A DNA stretch of 62,682 nt, the filler included, from Rhabdomonas costata (Eukaryota): NCBI GenBank assembly GCA_019059605.1. It is 47 parts of 47 records of this genome, joined end to end, with 100 filler letters (N's around TTAATTAATTAA, not from the genome) between each part and the next. Parts side by side here need not be neighbours in the genome. Positions count along the whole stretch, not along the records: positions 48,097 to 49,332 come from JAHMHO010022493.1; positions 49,433 to 50,668 come from JAHMHO010022494.1; positions 50,769 to 52,003 come from JAHMHO010022495.1; positions 52,104 to 53,338 come from JAHMHO010022496.1; positions 53,439 to 54,673 come from JAHMHO010022497.1; positions 54,774 to 56,008 come from JAHMHO010022498.1; positions 56,109 to 57,343 come from JAHMHO010022499.1; positions 57,444 to 58,678 come from JAHMHO010022500.1; 39 more parts are not named here. One strand, written 5' to 3'. Below are positions 49,046 to 61,624 of the stretch, piece by piece (position 1 is the stretch's first letter; each line of letters begins with the position of its first letter). The position numbers and the translations under genes were made by a program. The notes below the pieces were generated by a model. The model saw only the letters and a program-made list of their open reading frames with translations. It was not told where the DNA came from and did no database searches.

Positions 49046-52000
49046 GTATGGCTTGCTTGCGAGCGGTTGTTGTGGGCGGGCGTATTCCCTTCACCCCCAA
49101 GCGCGCTTCTTTGCTTCAAGGGCTGAGCGCGGTGGACGTGGGATTTCAAGGTGTTCGTATTTGAGCATCTGATGCATCTGAATGTATATGAAGGTGTATG
49201 TATCTCACTAGGTGAACGACAGCAGGGCTCGGGTTTTTCTTTCCAAAGGGCCATTCCGAGGACACCACGCTGCTCACGGCGACGCTTTCCCAGCTGAGCG
49301 GTGCCTGGCAGTCCTCCTTTGGGAACAAAAACNNNNNNNNNNNNNNNNNNNNNNNNNNNNNNNNNNNNNNNNNNNNTTAATTAATTAANNNNNNNNNNNN
49401 NNNNNNNNNNNNNNNNNNNNNNNNNNNNNNNNCCCCCCTCCCCGGCACATCCACTTCACTGTGAACGCTGAGGTCACTCTGACCGCGTTGCGCTCTGGGT
49501 TCCCCCACACCCATTGATTTCCATTTCGCGACACTGCTTTCACGGACACCCGGAGTGGACTCAATCTTGGTCGATGACTGCGTTCAAGTCGATGTCGATC
49601 TGAGCTGTGCCTCTTCCCCCTCCCTTTCATGCACTCTTTATTGCTTGGCTTCGCGTTGTGATGATCGGTAATGATGGTCGTACACCTGCACACACTCTCG
49701 TACACTCCCACATTCCCTGTCCACTGTGGATGGGGCGCAAGACCACCACACCAACCCGTCATGCCTCACCTGCTCCCCACATTCACACAGTAAACACTCA
49801 AACGAAAGACTAGGATCAACTCCGCCTCCTCTTCTTCTGCGTTTTTGTTGGTGAGTCACCATTTTTTGCTGTGCTTTTTTTCTCTTATTTTGGTGCACCG
49901 GCGAGCAAACTCTTTCTTTTCAGCCGATCGCGGATGTGGCTTCTCACTCCGCTCACGAGAGGACCTCTCTCGCTGTTGGTAATCCTTGGTCACCGTCAAA
50001 ATGTGTTTGTGTGTGTCTGTCCGGTGTAACGATTGCTGGCGGGAGGTCGAGATGAGGAAGCTCGCTTCCTCATCATCCCCACCACCGGTTTTGGGCCGGA
50101 ACCTATGCTACTGCGTTGCGGTGGGTGTGGTGAGTTCAGATTGCTTTCCCGGCAGCGGGCCTTTTTGGGGGAGACTGACGGTGCTGACGAAGGCTGGTGT
50201 TTCTTGATTTGCTGAAAACAATTCGTTGTTTACAGGCAGCTCGTACGTGCCCAGGGGCAGACCTATTCCAAATCTCAGCAGCCACGTTTGTCTGTTGTGG
50301 TTGAATCGCTTGGGCTTGCGGGACAATATACGGGTGCTGTGCAGTGCAAGGGTCGGGGACCTTCGCCCCCCCAAAATCGGTAATTTTCCGGTTTTTGACT
50401 AGCCCCCTTTGGGCGAGTCCCGGTTGTCCAAGGACCAAGAATAGATAAGGAAGCGCTACGGGACGTGACACCGGCAAGACTTTGACGGTCCATTGCTCCA
50501 AAACGAGCTCCTGGATTGAACTTCGAAATTCGACTGTGCTGTGCTGTGCTGTGCTTTTTCCTGGTGTCCTCGTTTGAGGTCTCATCAAACGCCAGCAGTC
50601 GCGGGCACTTCGTTAGAAAAAACATTGCCACACCGCAAATCTGCGTAAACTTTTCCCCCACAACCACCNNNNNNNNNNNNNNNNNNNNNNNNNNNNNNNN
50701 NNNNNNNNNNNNTTAATTAATTAANNNNNNNNNNNNNNNNNNNNNNNNNNNNNNNNNNNNNNNNNNNNTGTGTGGCGATTGGCTGATGGACGCCAAGGCG
50801 GGGGTGCCTCCGGTGCGCCTGCTGACTCCGCGCTGGGTGCAGATTTCGGAGTGCCCCGTGCAGCCCCAGGGCCGCTGCTGCAACAGCTGCCCTGACGTGG
50901 CGTGTGGCGAGGAGGAGGCTAAAAACGCTGTGGCTGTGCTGAAGCATTCCGCAGACCTCACCACTGTCACGCGGTAGCTTTTTCCCTCCTGCCTGCCCCC
51001 CCCCCCTTTTTTTTGAGCTGCCCTGGGTCGAGGGCATCGTCGTTGTGCGTGCATTGCACAGCGGTTGTATCGATTTAGGGTCAGATTCCTGTGGCCCGAG
51101 TTTGGAGATGTGGATGTGTGTGGAAGTCATCTGGGTCGTTGTGAGTTGGCCGACAAGGTTGGGCACCGTTCTTTGACTGGCCAGTATGTCCGAAGTCGTG
51201 GTTGCTTCACGATTTTCTGTTTCTCGTTGTCGTCATGCTGTCGTCCAGTTCTAGTCAGAACGTTCAGAAACCACGCCTGCATTCCTTGCCGTTTGTCCTT
51301 TTGTTGTATTTTTTTTGTGGTCTTTTCCTCACGTGAAGGACCAGAACAGTAGGGGCTGAGTGCCCTACCCCGGTGGTAGCCTACTGCAGACTGCTGATGG
51401 AAAGAGTATTTTTGTGAAAGGATGGGAACTTAAGTGAAGTTTTCGGACGGTCACCCAAGTGCTGAATCGGTTTCGGTGTGCTATTCCCTGCCTTCTTTAC
51501 CACTCAATTACGTAAATGCACTGGCGGTTTGTGGCACAGCACCACGGCTACGGCGCACCAGCTGCACATTGTGAAGTTCAGCCCGCAGGCCCGTGAGCTC
51601 ACCACCGCGAGCTTCTCTCTTCGAACGGGCCGCCTGGTAGGTTGGCAAGTCCAGGTGTGCCTCACGGCTCCCATCATCACACTTCACACCCGCTACGCTT
51701 CATTCGCACCCATTCTCACATTCACACGTACACATGCATTGAAATAATTTGTCCTTTGCTTTCCTTCTGTGTGTGTCCATGGTATGAAATCGGGCAGCAT
51801 AAATATTTGAGGCACAGCTTTCCTTTTGTACTCCCAGAGATTTAGAGGATGTTGACGCTTTATGATAATAGAAGATTTGCACAGGGGCCAGTACGCCTGC
51901 AGTGCTGGCTGCTGTGCCGCGTCCAGCATGGCACCCATCGTGTGGGAGATCTCAAAGGCAGTGCGGGGGACTCTCCATACTCGAAGCTCCAGCATCTTTC

Positions 52001-52130
52001 CCTNNNNNNNNNNNNNNNNNNNNNNNNNNNNNNNNNNNNNNNNNNNNTTAATTAATTAANNNNNNNNNNNNNNNNNNNNNNNNNNNNNNNNNNNNNNNNN
52101 NNNTTTTGGTTTTTTTTTGAGGCGTCCCCG

Positions 52131-52508
52131 GTGAGACAGCGGCAGGAGGAAGCTTTGGGTGGGAAGGGAAGCGTGACCCTCTTCTCGCAGCGTGTGGGCA
52201 ACATCCCCTACACCACATGGAAGCTGGAGTGGTACCTCCAGGCAGACGCCTCGGCTCGGGCGGGCTTCTGGAAGAAAGCCCAGCTGGAACAGAAGTCAGA
52301 GATCGCGCAGGCCATCTCCCAGAACTTCCGGGAGCGGGAGGACGTCCACCAGGAAGCGCGAGAGTTGGGAGTAGAGGCCTGGGGCTTGGGACACTGGCGC
52401 GTTTCGCCAACAGCTTGTGTGGCAAATGGTATGGAGTTTGAGGAGGCGGGTGTAACGGCAAGCACCAGTGCAGATGAAGGGGACAGTGTGGTGGACAGGA
52501 GTGCGTGA
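52131..52508 (+). CDS. Probable last exon of a hypothetical protein, convergent with the neighbouring cyclase-like gene
   Basis: GC3-rich frame SVTLFSQRVGNIPYTTWKLEWYLQ... ending at TGA. Family not recognised. Confidence 0.5.
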   Translation: MRQRQEEALGGKGSVTLFSQRVGNIPYTTWKLEWYLQADASARAGFWKKAQLEQKSEIAQAISQNFREREDVHQEARELGVEAWGLGHWRVSPTACVANGMEFEEAGVTASTSADEGDSVVDRSA

Positions 52509-53052
52509 TGGGGCGGGGTAGGTCACCCCGAAGAGCATGGAGGAAGTGGTGATTGTGATGGTTGGGGTAGTGGCGGGTTCGAATTGGGTTGTGATGAAAG
52601 GCGGGTGGGTGACGCTGCAGGTGTGCCAACTATTACAAATTCCTCTTTATGTCACGCAACTGAGACCGAAAAGGAATCACAAATATTCCAAAACAAGTCT
52701 TCGGGGAAAATTCTGGTGCCCCTTTTCTACCCGCTGCCAGTGCTTCTATGGGCTCGCTCACGAAGTAAAGACAGCACGCTTCGGCTGAGAGTGTGCTCAG
52801 GGTCCGCCACCGCAGCCAAAGAGAGCGCTTTCAGCGCCGTCCTGAGATTTTCTGTGATAGGGAAACCCAGGCGCGAATGTAGGGAAATGCGTTCAGCAGT
52901 GCTAGACAGTTAGCAGTCCTAACCGACCTCCCCATCCCTCGCCATGCTACCTGACGTTGAAACACAACCTTCCACATAACTGTCATGAGTAAAAGCAAAT
53001 AAAGCACAGGAAACAGTCATCTTCCTGTGTGGGCAAAGGTGTCGGAAAGCAC

Positions 53053-53219
53053 CTTCCTCGTACACAGCCATGGCGTCGGCAAACGCCGTGTCCGCTGGAG
53101 ACCTCGAGGGGCCCACTCCGGGCTGAATGGTGTACATCCACTCGTCGTTCACACGGCATCCATCCCGGGGAAGCAGCTGATATACCGCCAAGGAAATCAG
53201 GGCCTTGGAGCTCGACCTC
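53053..53219 (-). CDS. Exon with VYQL...DEWMY motif (post-cyclase region of a divergent nucleotide cyclase-like protein)
   Basis: ISLAVYQLLPRDGCRVNDEWMYTIQ...AFADAMAVYEEG; CAG/GT-bounded. Confidence 0.55.
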
Positions 53220-53439
53220 CTGAAGTAAAGCAAGATGCCATGCCAAACAAGCTGCAATGCAAAACATGAGAGAAAATGAAAGGGAAAACACTCCTTGAAA
53301 CCAAGAAAGCAAATGGTCAGCCCTCCGGCAAATTCTTGNNNNNNNNNNNNNNNNNNNNNNNNNNNNNNNNNNNNNNNNNNNNTTAATTAATTAANNNNNN
53401 NNNNNNNNNNNNNNNNNNNNNNNNNNNNNNNNNNNNNNA

Positions 53440-54099
53440 GGTTTTATGGTCGAGGCCCGGACAGCCTCTCGCACGAGTGGTCGTGCATGAGCTTTGCGGG
53501 CGGAAGCAGCTTCCCGAGGCGGAGTGGATGTACGCCATCCTTTTTGTATGTGCGGCCAGGACTATTTTTGTTCGATGGTTGGGGTGCAAAGAAGTTAAAC
53601 TGTGATGCTGTTTGCCTCTTATTGGTCCTTCACGCAGATATTTTTTTCTGAGTGGGTGCTGAGTTTTGTTTTCTTGCTGAGTGGGTGAACCTTTTGACTT
53701 GGTCAGAGCTCGTGTAACAGGGGGAGGTTGCCTTGAGCGTGGGTGTGGTGGCAATGCACATCAAAATCGACGCGTTTAGGGTTTCTAGGAGGGTTTACAT
53801 CCCTGTGTTTTACTTTTTTTCCCGCCCCACATCCCACCTCATACCCAATTGTTTTGGGCTTCTGGATTTATGGTGAAAGACACGAATAGGCAGAGCAAAT
53901 GACATGCACAGAGGGGTCGGCTGTTGTTTTCAGCACTGCGTCTCGTCTAAAAATGCAGCAAAGTGCCTCGGACGAGTTCGCTGAGTGGCGACGAATGTTT
54001 GCCCTGATGATGGCCGGTGAGCACGAGGTCGCTGCCGGGCTGCTTCGTGCTCACTTGGAGGCCAAGCCCCTAGACCGTGCCGCGCGATGGCTCGAAAAG
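53440..54099 (+). CDS. EWMY-motif protein with a TPR-like C-terminal hairpin (exons ~53440-53545, 53959-54099)
   Basis: VVVHELCGRKQLPEAEWMYAILF/QSASDEFAEWRRMFALMMAGEHEVAAGLLRAHLEAKPLDRAARWL; phase-0 GT-AG join. Confidence 0.6.
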
Positions 54100-54773
54100 G
54101 TTGCTGCTCTTGCTAGTCTTGCTAGTCTTCCCTGTCTTTCTGGGTCACTGCAGTTCCTTGGCCCAGACCTTGACCCCTTTTTCCAGACCTCCTTCGCAAC
54201 CGAGATGTCAAGGACATGACGGTCACTGCTTGCGTTCACACTGAGGGCTGTGGTGACCAGATTGTCCTAGTAGTTGGCAGGAGCGGCATGTGCTGTGGAG
54301 ATAAGAGGCCTTTTTTCCATTTTAACCTGGTATAGCCCTGTTGTAGATATTGGGGAGAGTGGGTGGCACGCGGGGCGTTCGACTTTGGGTCGGTTCGCCG
54401 TTTACCTCTCCCACTCACCCCGAATAAAGGAGGGAGTACATCGGATCCTACCGTCTATTGTTCAAGTAAGCTGCTGAAGTGTTCCCAGTTCTGTTGAATC
54501 TGAGCAGTGTTCACATGACTCATGTCCACACCTGCAAGCATTTGTTCCAAAATGATATTCACCCCTCGCGAGGGGGTGGGGTTTGTGTGTTAGTTGGTCG
54601 GAAGATCCACTACTCTAACCTCCAATATGGTGACAAATACGCATTAACGGTTCTTTTTTCATTCCAAACCCCCNNNNNNNNNNNNNNNNNNNNNNNNNNN
54701 NNNNNNNNNNNNNNNNNTTAATTAATTAANNNNNNNNNNNNNNNNNNNNNNNNNNNNNNNNNNNNNNNNNNNN

Positions 54774-55748
54774 GTTGGTGTTGAAGTCGGAGAACAGCTT
54801 GCGGGTCTTGTTGGGGGCCACCTCAATCATCTTGCGGTGGATGCTGTCGTGGATCTGCGTCATTGCAGGAATCAGGTCACTCTTCTGCCTCTGGCTGTTC
54901 AGGTACAGCACCCCGATCATCTTGTTGTACATCTTCTCCAGCTCCGACGTAGCGAGCTTCACCTGCGCAAGAGAGAGGGCGGGGCGTAGGGTGGTGCCGT
55001 CAGAAAGGGGGAGATGAGAGAGGGTACAACTCCACTTGATCGATGCATTTAAGCTCACTAGCCGGTGGGGGCTCTTCATTTTGCCCGAGAATGAACGCCC
55101 GGTGGTGACGTGGTACTTGACTTCCGTGTGGCCGGCTTGAAACGATATGAGCATGTGTGTCTGCGTGGGTGGGTTGGAGGCAAAAAGGCACTCGCCGATA
55201 AAAGACTCTGCTGCTACCTTGTCAGCAGAATTAGAAGAGTCATGCAAAAGAGAGATGGTGGCTGCCAAAACTCAACAAACACCTGGCTGGCAGCACTTTA
55301 TGCCTTGGTGCCAGAATTTTTTCCTTTTCCTGATCTGATGATGGCTTTCGTTGTGTCACACACACTGAGAGCCAGAGCATAAAATCCGTCAATGGGTAAA
55401 AGAAAGCCGTGCAGAGAGGAAGAAGCGTTCAAAAAGCAATCCCTTCGCGTGCCTCCACACACCTTCTTGAAGTACTTCGAGAAGTCCGAGTGGCTGAGCT
55501 GAGTGAAGTCCACGGTCTCCCACCGGGCCCACTCCGCGGGCCACTCCACGTCCACGAAGACATACCATAGCCGGTAGGCCTCGTAGCTGCGGCTCACCCC
55601 GGCGGCCTCCAGGAAGTCCGTGTGGATCAGCTCCACCGTCTCGTTGCGGAGGCTCTTGTAGCGGTGGTCCGCACGGATCGCGCCGCCCACGCTGAACGTC
55701 TTGGGCTGCGCCGAGAAGTGCACCTTCAGGGGTTTCAGGTAAATCAAC
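54774..55748 (-). CDS. Large helical protein, possibly an axonemal dynein heavy chain N-terminal stem (exons 55463-55748, 54774-54962)
   Basis: Strongly GC3-biased, phase-0 joined exons: ...FSKYFKK/VKLATSELEKMYNKMIGVLYLNSQRQKSDLIPAMTQIHDSI. The coding status is firm; the family call is tentative. Confidence 0.5.
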
Positions 55749-58058
55749 CTGTGACCAGCCCCCAATAGCATCCATCGAGTGCGTGTTGACAGGTGGGCAG
55801 ACAGATGTTGCTGTTGTGGCGGCCTAATACCGTACTCTTTGCTGATTTGTCGAGCCCGGGGTCCTGGAGTCAAAACTACGTGCAGGCCCATGTTTTCAAC
55901 AAAATCCATCACTGGGTTAGCGGACGCGTTGGAAGTTGCTGTTTATCTACGAGTCCACAACACGGAAGCAACACTCAAGTCACCCGGTACGCGCCCCCCC
56001 CCCCTTCCNNNNNNNNNNNNNNNNNNNNNNNNNNNNNNNNNNNNNNNNNNNNTTAATTAATTAANNNNNNNNNNNNNNNNNNNNNNNNNNNNNNNNNNNN
56101 NNNNNNNNAAGAGGGATCACGCATTTGCCCCGTTCTCCACGTTCAAATGCCCAATCTCTCAGTCACATCACTTCTTGATGTAACCTACACAGTTGCAACA
56201 ATTTCGTTCCTGTCCCGCTGGATTCAGCATTGGGAGACATGAGGTGGACATAGTGAGGGCATCTTCAGCAGTTGTGCGTTGTGCGCATGGAGGGCAGTGA
56301 CTGAAAAGAAAGCCGTGTGGGGGAATGTATCTGCGCACAAAAGTCAATCAGTCGCCACCGTCTGCGGTGTCAGATTTGTAAAAGGGGTTACAAAAGAAGA
56401 CCCCAAAGAGCAACCAAAGCATCTCCAGGTGCACTGGTCGTCTCCACCATTCACCGAAGAACAGGCTTTGGGAGCAAAGTAGTGAAGCAGGTTGTGAATG
56501 CGCACCCAGTGAGTAGAAAACAAGTGAAGAAAATGAATTGATAGAAAGATGCAACCACGCAACCACACAATCAAGTTCATCTGGGCACACGGAGGCATTG
56601 CATTTCGTTTGCCACTGGAGAAGTGGAAGACAGACGTATCGGCAACCGCTTCGCATTTCTCAGTACGTACGGTGTCTTCACACACAGGCTTACATTTCTT
56701 GCCCTTCAGTGACCTTTCCATTTCTTTGCTGCAAGCCTCAAGACTACGAATGAACATGACTTCCTCTTTTATCGTTTCATGGAATCTTCCAGCAGGTCGA
56801 TGCAGCCTCGTCTTCTACGACGAGTGGTGCTGAGGAGATCAGACTGGTTCACTTCAGGCATACTAGCCGGCTGAGTCCAGTTCTTGTTGGGATGGCTTCA
56901 CACCTCGATTCACCCGAATTGGACACATGAAGGGCTTGAAAGACCAATTTTGGGCTGATGAGGGTGAAATGAAGGCCATAAAATTCAGAACATATGCAAA
57001 CAGGATGAATACGCACTTCAATTTGAATTCGTGCAGCTTCCTAAACTTTCGCGAAAAGAGGAAGTCATGTTAGCTGGGGCACCGGTAGCTGCCTCAAAAC
57101 AACCAATAATACCTCCGAATGCTACAACCAATGGTGTGCGTGCTTGTGTTTCTGCCCTTCAATATGCGCGCGAATACAGGTCATCTTTGAGCAAGCGGTG
57201 CCGTCCAGAAATTCAGAATTATCCGGACTTTGCGCCGTCCGCACGGGACTAACTCCGGGTGTTCTCTTTATTGTCGTGCACAGCAACTCTTCGTCCTTGG
57301 TGTGGGTGTGGGTGTGCACGACAATAAAGAGAACACCCCCCCCNNNNNNNNNNNNNNNNNNNNNNNNNNNNNNNNNNNNNNNNNNNNTTAATTAATTAAN
57401 NNNNNNNNNNNNNNNNNNNNNNNNNNNNNNNNNNNNNNNNNNNGTTGGGTTTTTCTTCCTGTGTGGGTGGACGAGATAGATAATCGTGTCAGGATCGCTC
57501 CAGATTTGTTAAAACTAAGGGAATACTATGAGAATGTTCATTTGAGCAGAGAAGCAATTTGAGGGTGAACAGGTGTGCAACTCGTGGCCTCACCTCCATA
57601 TTGAAACCCCGAGCGATAGTGTGAGTGGGAGTACAGTGCAGTGGAAGTTGGCTCCGCCACCATCTCCAGTATGGCAAGTTGTCTGGACAGCGTCGGATTC
57701 GTCGTCACTTGCTGTGAGTTTGTTTTGGCCTCCCTTCCCCTTGCCTGTTCTCTTTATGAATGCGGGTCCTGCGCAGTTTTGCCTCTGCCGAAGGCGCAGT
57801 TCACTTCCCACTTCTCCCTCTCTCACCAGCTTCCCTCCCTCCTAACTTATGTCTGCGTGCCGTGCCGGTTTCTGCGGGTCAGGCATTTCAGTTTCTCGCG
57901 AGTCAGAAAAGTTCTTCTACCGCATTGCTCCGATGATAGACAAAAAGCAACACCACTCCCCAAACGCGGCAGCGTCCCCCAACTGTGGTGATGGGGTACT
58001 CAGTCAAAGCAGTCGCCCGCGCGAGCAGCCCAGGTGTGGGGGGCCAAAAAGTGCGTGC

Positions 58059-58241
58059 TCACTTCGGAAGGTGAGTCAAAGGGTCCTGAGAAGGCGGGGG
58101 GAGATTCTCCGGGGCCTTGATATGCAGCACCCGAAGCAGAGTATAGGGGTGCCTTGTCTCGATCCATTTCTTGCGCCGCATGGCCATCTTGAAGTTGATC
58201 ACCACTGGGGCCTGGCCCTGCTCCTCCACCTCGGCCACAAC
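58059..58241 (-). CDS. Mitochondrial ribosomal protein bL21-like, last exon
   Basis: VVAEVEEQGQAPVVINFKMAMRRKKWIETRHPYTLLRVLHI resembles the bL21 VxAxVEEQ...VIxFK..RRK......TxLRI pattern. Confidence 0.62.
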   Translation of the reverse strand, partial: VVAEVEEQGQAPVVINFKMAMRRKKWIETRHPYTLLRVLHIKAPENLPPPSQDPLTHLPK

Positions 58242-59048
58242 CTGACCCCCCACATATGAACGACTAACAAAAGGAAATCCCGTCCTCTCGTACGCTGTTC
58301 TATTCTTTCTCATAAATTACTACCCCGACAGAATGGAAAGTACGGAGGTGACGCGGCACAGGCGCTGCTGTGCTGGAAGCAGGAAAACCAAACTTGCAGA
58401 GCACTCCTCCGGCATATCCCATATCCCCCCCCCCGGCAGAGTTGAGCCCTTCACGTTCGTCTTTGCCTCGCCCAAGTCAGTGAAGTCACCCCACTCCTCC
58501 CATTTCCACATTATTGCTGAGCAGGGGCCAGTTTACACTCTATTTAACGACTTAAAACGACTCTGTTTCAACTAGTCTTTCTTCTGTTCAACAGAACCAC
58601 ACAATAACGAGCCGAGCTGCGGGAGAGAACCAAACCTCAAAGCCCTCCAGCAAGGACCTTCCCACGGCGGTCCACCTCNNNNNNNNNNNNNNNNNNNNNN
58701 NNNNNNNNNNNNNNNNNNNNNNTTAATTAATTAANNNNNNNNNNNNNNNNNNNNNNNNNNNNNNNNNNNNNNNNNNNNAGTCCCGTCGATCACCGGTGGC
58801 TTAATTTTTGTGTCCCTTCCCCCACACAAAACTACAGCAAAAATTCCTCGAAATCAGGGTTCGATTACCGGTCCACCCCGATCACTGACTCCAGACGAGT
58901 TTTACTGTCAATCACCAAAACGCGAAATCACTGGTCGATTGCTCATTGCGATACCTGGTGAAAGGTGAACGGTGTCGGGAAGCGTCTTGGTCTCCTTGTG
59001 ACCGTGCTATTGTCGAACTGAACTGAATATTAATTATCGGTGAAACAG

Positions 59049-59198
59049 GGAAGAGCCACATCACGTATACCGAGGAATACACCGAGGACGAGAAGTTTGA
59101 ACTGCAGAGGCAAGTTCGGGACTTCGTCGGCGGACGCGTGTCTGAGATTGACGTGAAGAGCCTGCGGCAAGTGAAGGAGATGTTCAAGATTTTCAAGG
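59049..59198 (+). CDS. KIF9: Kinesin-9 (KIF9/KLP1-like) post-motor exon
   Basis: KSHITYTEEYTEDEKFELQRQVRDFVGGRVSEIDVKSLRQVKEMFKIFK matches the KIF9 VTY...QVxxYLxG...EIDxxSLRQxKExF region. Confidence 0.78.
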
Positions 59199-60740
59199 GT
59201 GTGCCTGACTTTTTCTGTCCTGCTTAACGTTATTGGCCACTTACTGGGACGTCGGCTTGATGGTCAAATGTTGTTTTCATTCTGATCGACCTCTATCCTT
59301 TTCCAGTTATGATCGAGAGTGCCGAGCTGGAGGCTTCCCGGGCTGGCCGAGCTGCCGCCCAAGGTGGGACCATGACCCCCTCGAAGATGGTGCGGATGCC
59401 ATACTGATATTGACACCGTGTTCGTCTTCTTCTTGTCGTTACTTTTTGTGACTGGTCTAATCCTTTGCTGAAGCCGTACTTTGCATTTCCTGTCCAGGGT
59501 GCTTTTTTTCAATTTTCCCGCTGAGTCTGGGGATTTTGTTGGGAGAGGTTTCTCTGATGGTCAATCTTAAGGCGAGAGGTAAACTTCATTGTCGAGCCTA
59601 CGCTGCCTTTTTTTCGCCCTGATGTGTGTACTTATTAGCTGATAGCTTCTTAGTAATTGTTTGTATCCTTTGAGCAGATAAACGACGATGGAAGAAGGGG
59701 GTGGGGTTATAAGTTTGCGATTCGAGAGAGAGAGAGAGAGAGAGAGAGACTTTAAGCGCTGGCACACCGTTGAGTGGCGGCAACGATTTTATTGGTGTTC
59801 AGACTGGCTCTGCCCCCAGTTCATTCAGAGTGAGACGATATTGGCCGAATCGCTGGTTTACTTGTCGTCGCGTATGTGTGTGTGAGGCGGAGCGGAGGGG
59901 CTCGGCGCATTGCTCTTTGTTATCAACCCATGAAAGGCATAGTGAGTTTGGGGTGGTTTCAGACCCGCGAGAGCAACCTCTCCCAACAAAATCCCCAGAC
60001 TCACCAAAAAANNNNNNNNNNNNNNNNNNNNNNNNNNNNNNNNNNNNNNNNNNNNTTAATTAATTAANNNNNNNNNNNNNNNNNNNNNNNNNNNNNNNNN
60101 NNNNNNNNNNNTGAACGGTCCTATTTTTCACTCCAAAGGAATATTGGGCCGATTCTCGCGCGCACGCTTCCCTCATCCATCTTTTGGGCCTGGCTTGACA
60201 ACCCGTGATTTCAACCCGCACCTTGGTTCGAGGGCCCTTTGCGTTTCATTTCGCCTTTCATCCCCTTATCCCATTTGTACAGTGTTGCGTGTTTTCCCCT
60301 GTCCTGTATCCCTTTCACCGCGGCCTCCGTCCTCTCTGATTGTGATTTTCTTGTCCCCCTCGCCCCCGCACCGCGCGCATTTGTGTTTCGGCGTGGGCGC
60401 TCCGGAACATGAGCTCAGCCCTCACCATCGGCCCCTTCCACTTGCATTGGCCGGCCGTCAAGGCCATGTCTCTCTTCCAGCCTCCAGTCCCAGTTCCCGT
60501 CGCACGCGCGTTTTGTTTGATCCCAGCTGGCTTGATACGGTCGTGTACCCCACCACCGCGAACGCTCTTGACTACTTTTCCGTCTTGCTCTCCTGGGTAT
60601 TCTGCTTCGGGTCTCAGAAGTGCGTCGCTTCCTCTTTGCATTCCACTTCAACTTTGGCCTCCCTTGCTCAAGTGCTTTATCCTTGTGCACCTCCCTGCTT
60701 TTTTACTTCTCCTCCATATCCACTTTCCTTCCCACCCATA

Positions 60741-61091
60741 TTTGTCGACGCCGCCCACGATCCTCATTTCTTTTGCATTGGCACAAACCAGCACTCTAGG
60801 ATGCTGACCTCAGTTGTGGCGCCAATCTGGGTCAAAAGCCAAAACCAGGCCGAGCTCTATGGTCTCTTCCACAGTATACGACAAGCTGGCCTGCGGAAGT
60901 TCAGTAATCTGTGCCTCATAACGGACTCCACCGCCGCATACCACGCCACCTGGAGTGGCCGCGCGTCCACTCGTCACCCTGTCTTTCTTCGTCTCCTACG
61001 CATAATCTGGCGCACGACGCACCAGTTTCAGCTGAGGCTCTCCCTCGCCCTCACACCCTCGCACCAAAATGCCGCTGACGCCGCCTCCCGT
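60741..61091 (+). mobile_element. RNase HI domain of a DIRS/Ngaro/VIPER-type retroelement (within intronless ORF 60144-61220)
   Basis: Catalytic D-E-D-D pattern FVDAA...QNQAELYGL...ITDSTAA...SGRAS...PSHQNAADAASR; the SxxNxADxxSR tail is typical of tyrosine-recombinase retrotransposon RNase H. Confidence 0.82.
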
Positions 61092-61624
61092 TTGCACCAG
61101 CTACCTCCTGCTCTTGCGTTGTTGCGTTCGTGCGACCTCTCATGTGTCACTAAGCCCTTCCGCCACTCCGCTTTCATCCCTCTATTCTGGCAGCGTTCTT
61201 CTCCCTTACATACTTTTTAGTAAGTTCGTTTTTTGGTTGTGAAAATGAAAACGGTTGTGTACCTTTCCTCCAGTTGCCTTCTCCTGGGCCCCTGGAAAAG
61301 GCAACGGGAGGAAAGGTACACAACCGTTTTCATTTTCACACCACAAANNNNNNNNNNNNNNNNNNNNNNNNNNNNNNNNNNNNNNNNNNNNTTAATTAAT
61401 TAANNNNNNNNNNNNNNNNNNNNNNNNNNNNNNNNNNNNNNNNNNNNGTGGGGAGGAAAGAATTTTGATTTGAATTTTGATGTCCGATCAGCTGAAAAAA
61501 CGCCACCGAGGGCTTTTGCCGCTCGCAGCCAAAGTTATCCACCCAGTTTTTCTTCAGCTGATCGGACATCAAAATTCAAATCAAAATTCTTTCCTCCTGA
61601 CCCACTCCCCCAAGTCCACCATAC

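Noticed and set aside
53643-53655. TTTCTGAGTG resembling part of a euglenid spliced leader
   Set aside because: Only a short match inside an intron, with no rest of the leader or SL donor context.
58785-58940. Several degenerate CGATCACCGGT-like motifs
   Set aside because: Short, irregularly spaced and seen in only one contig; no structure could be supported.
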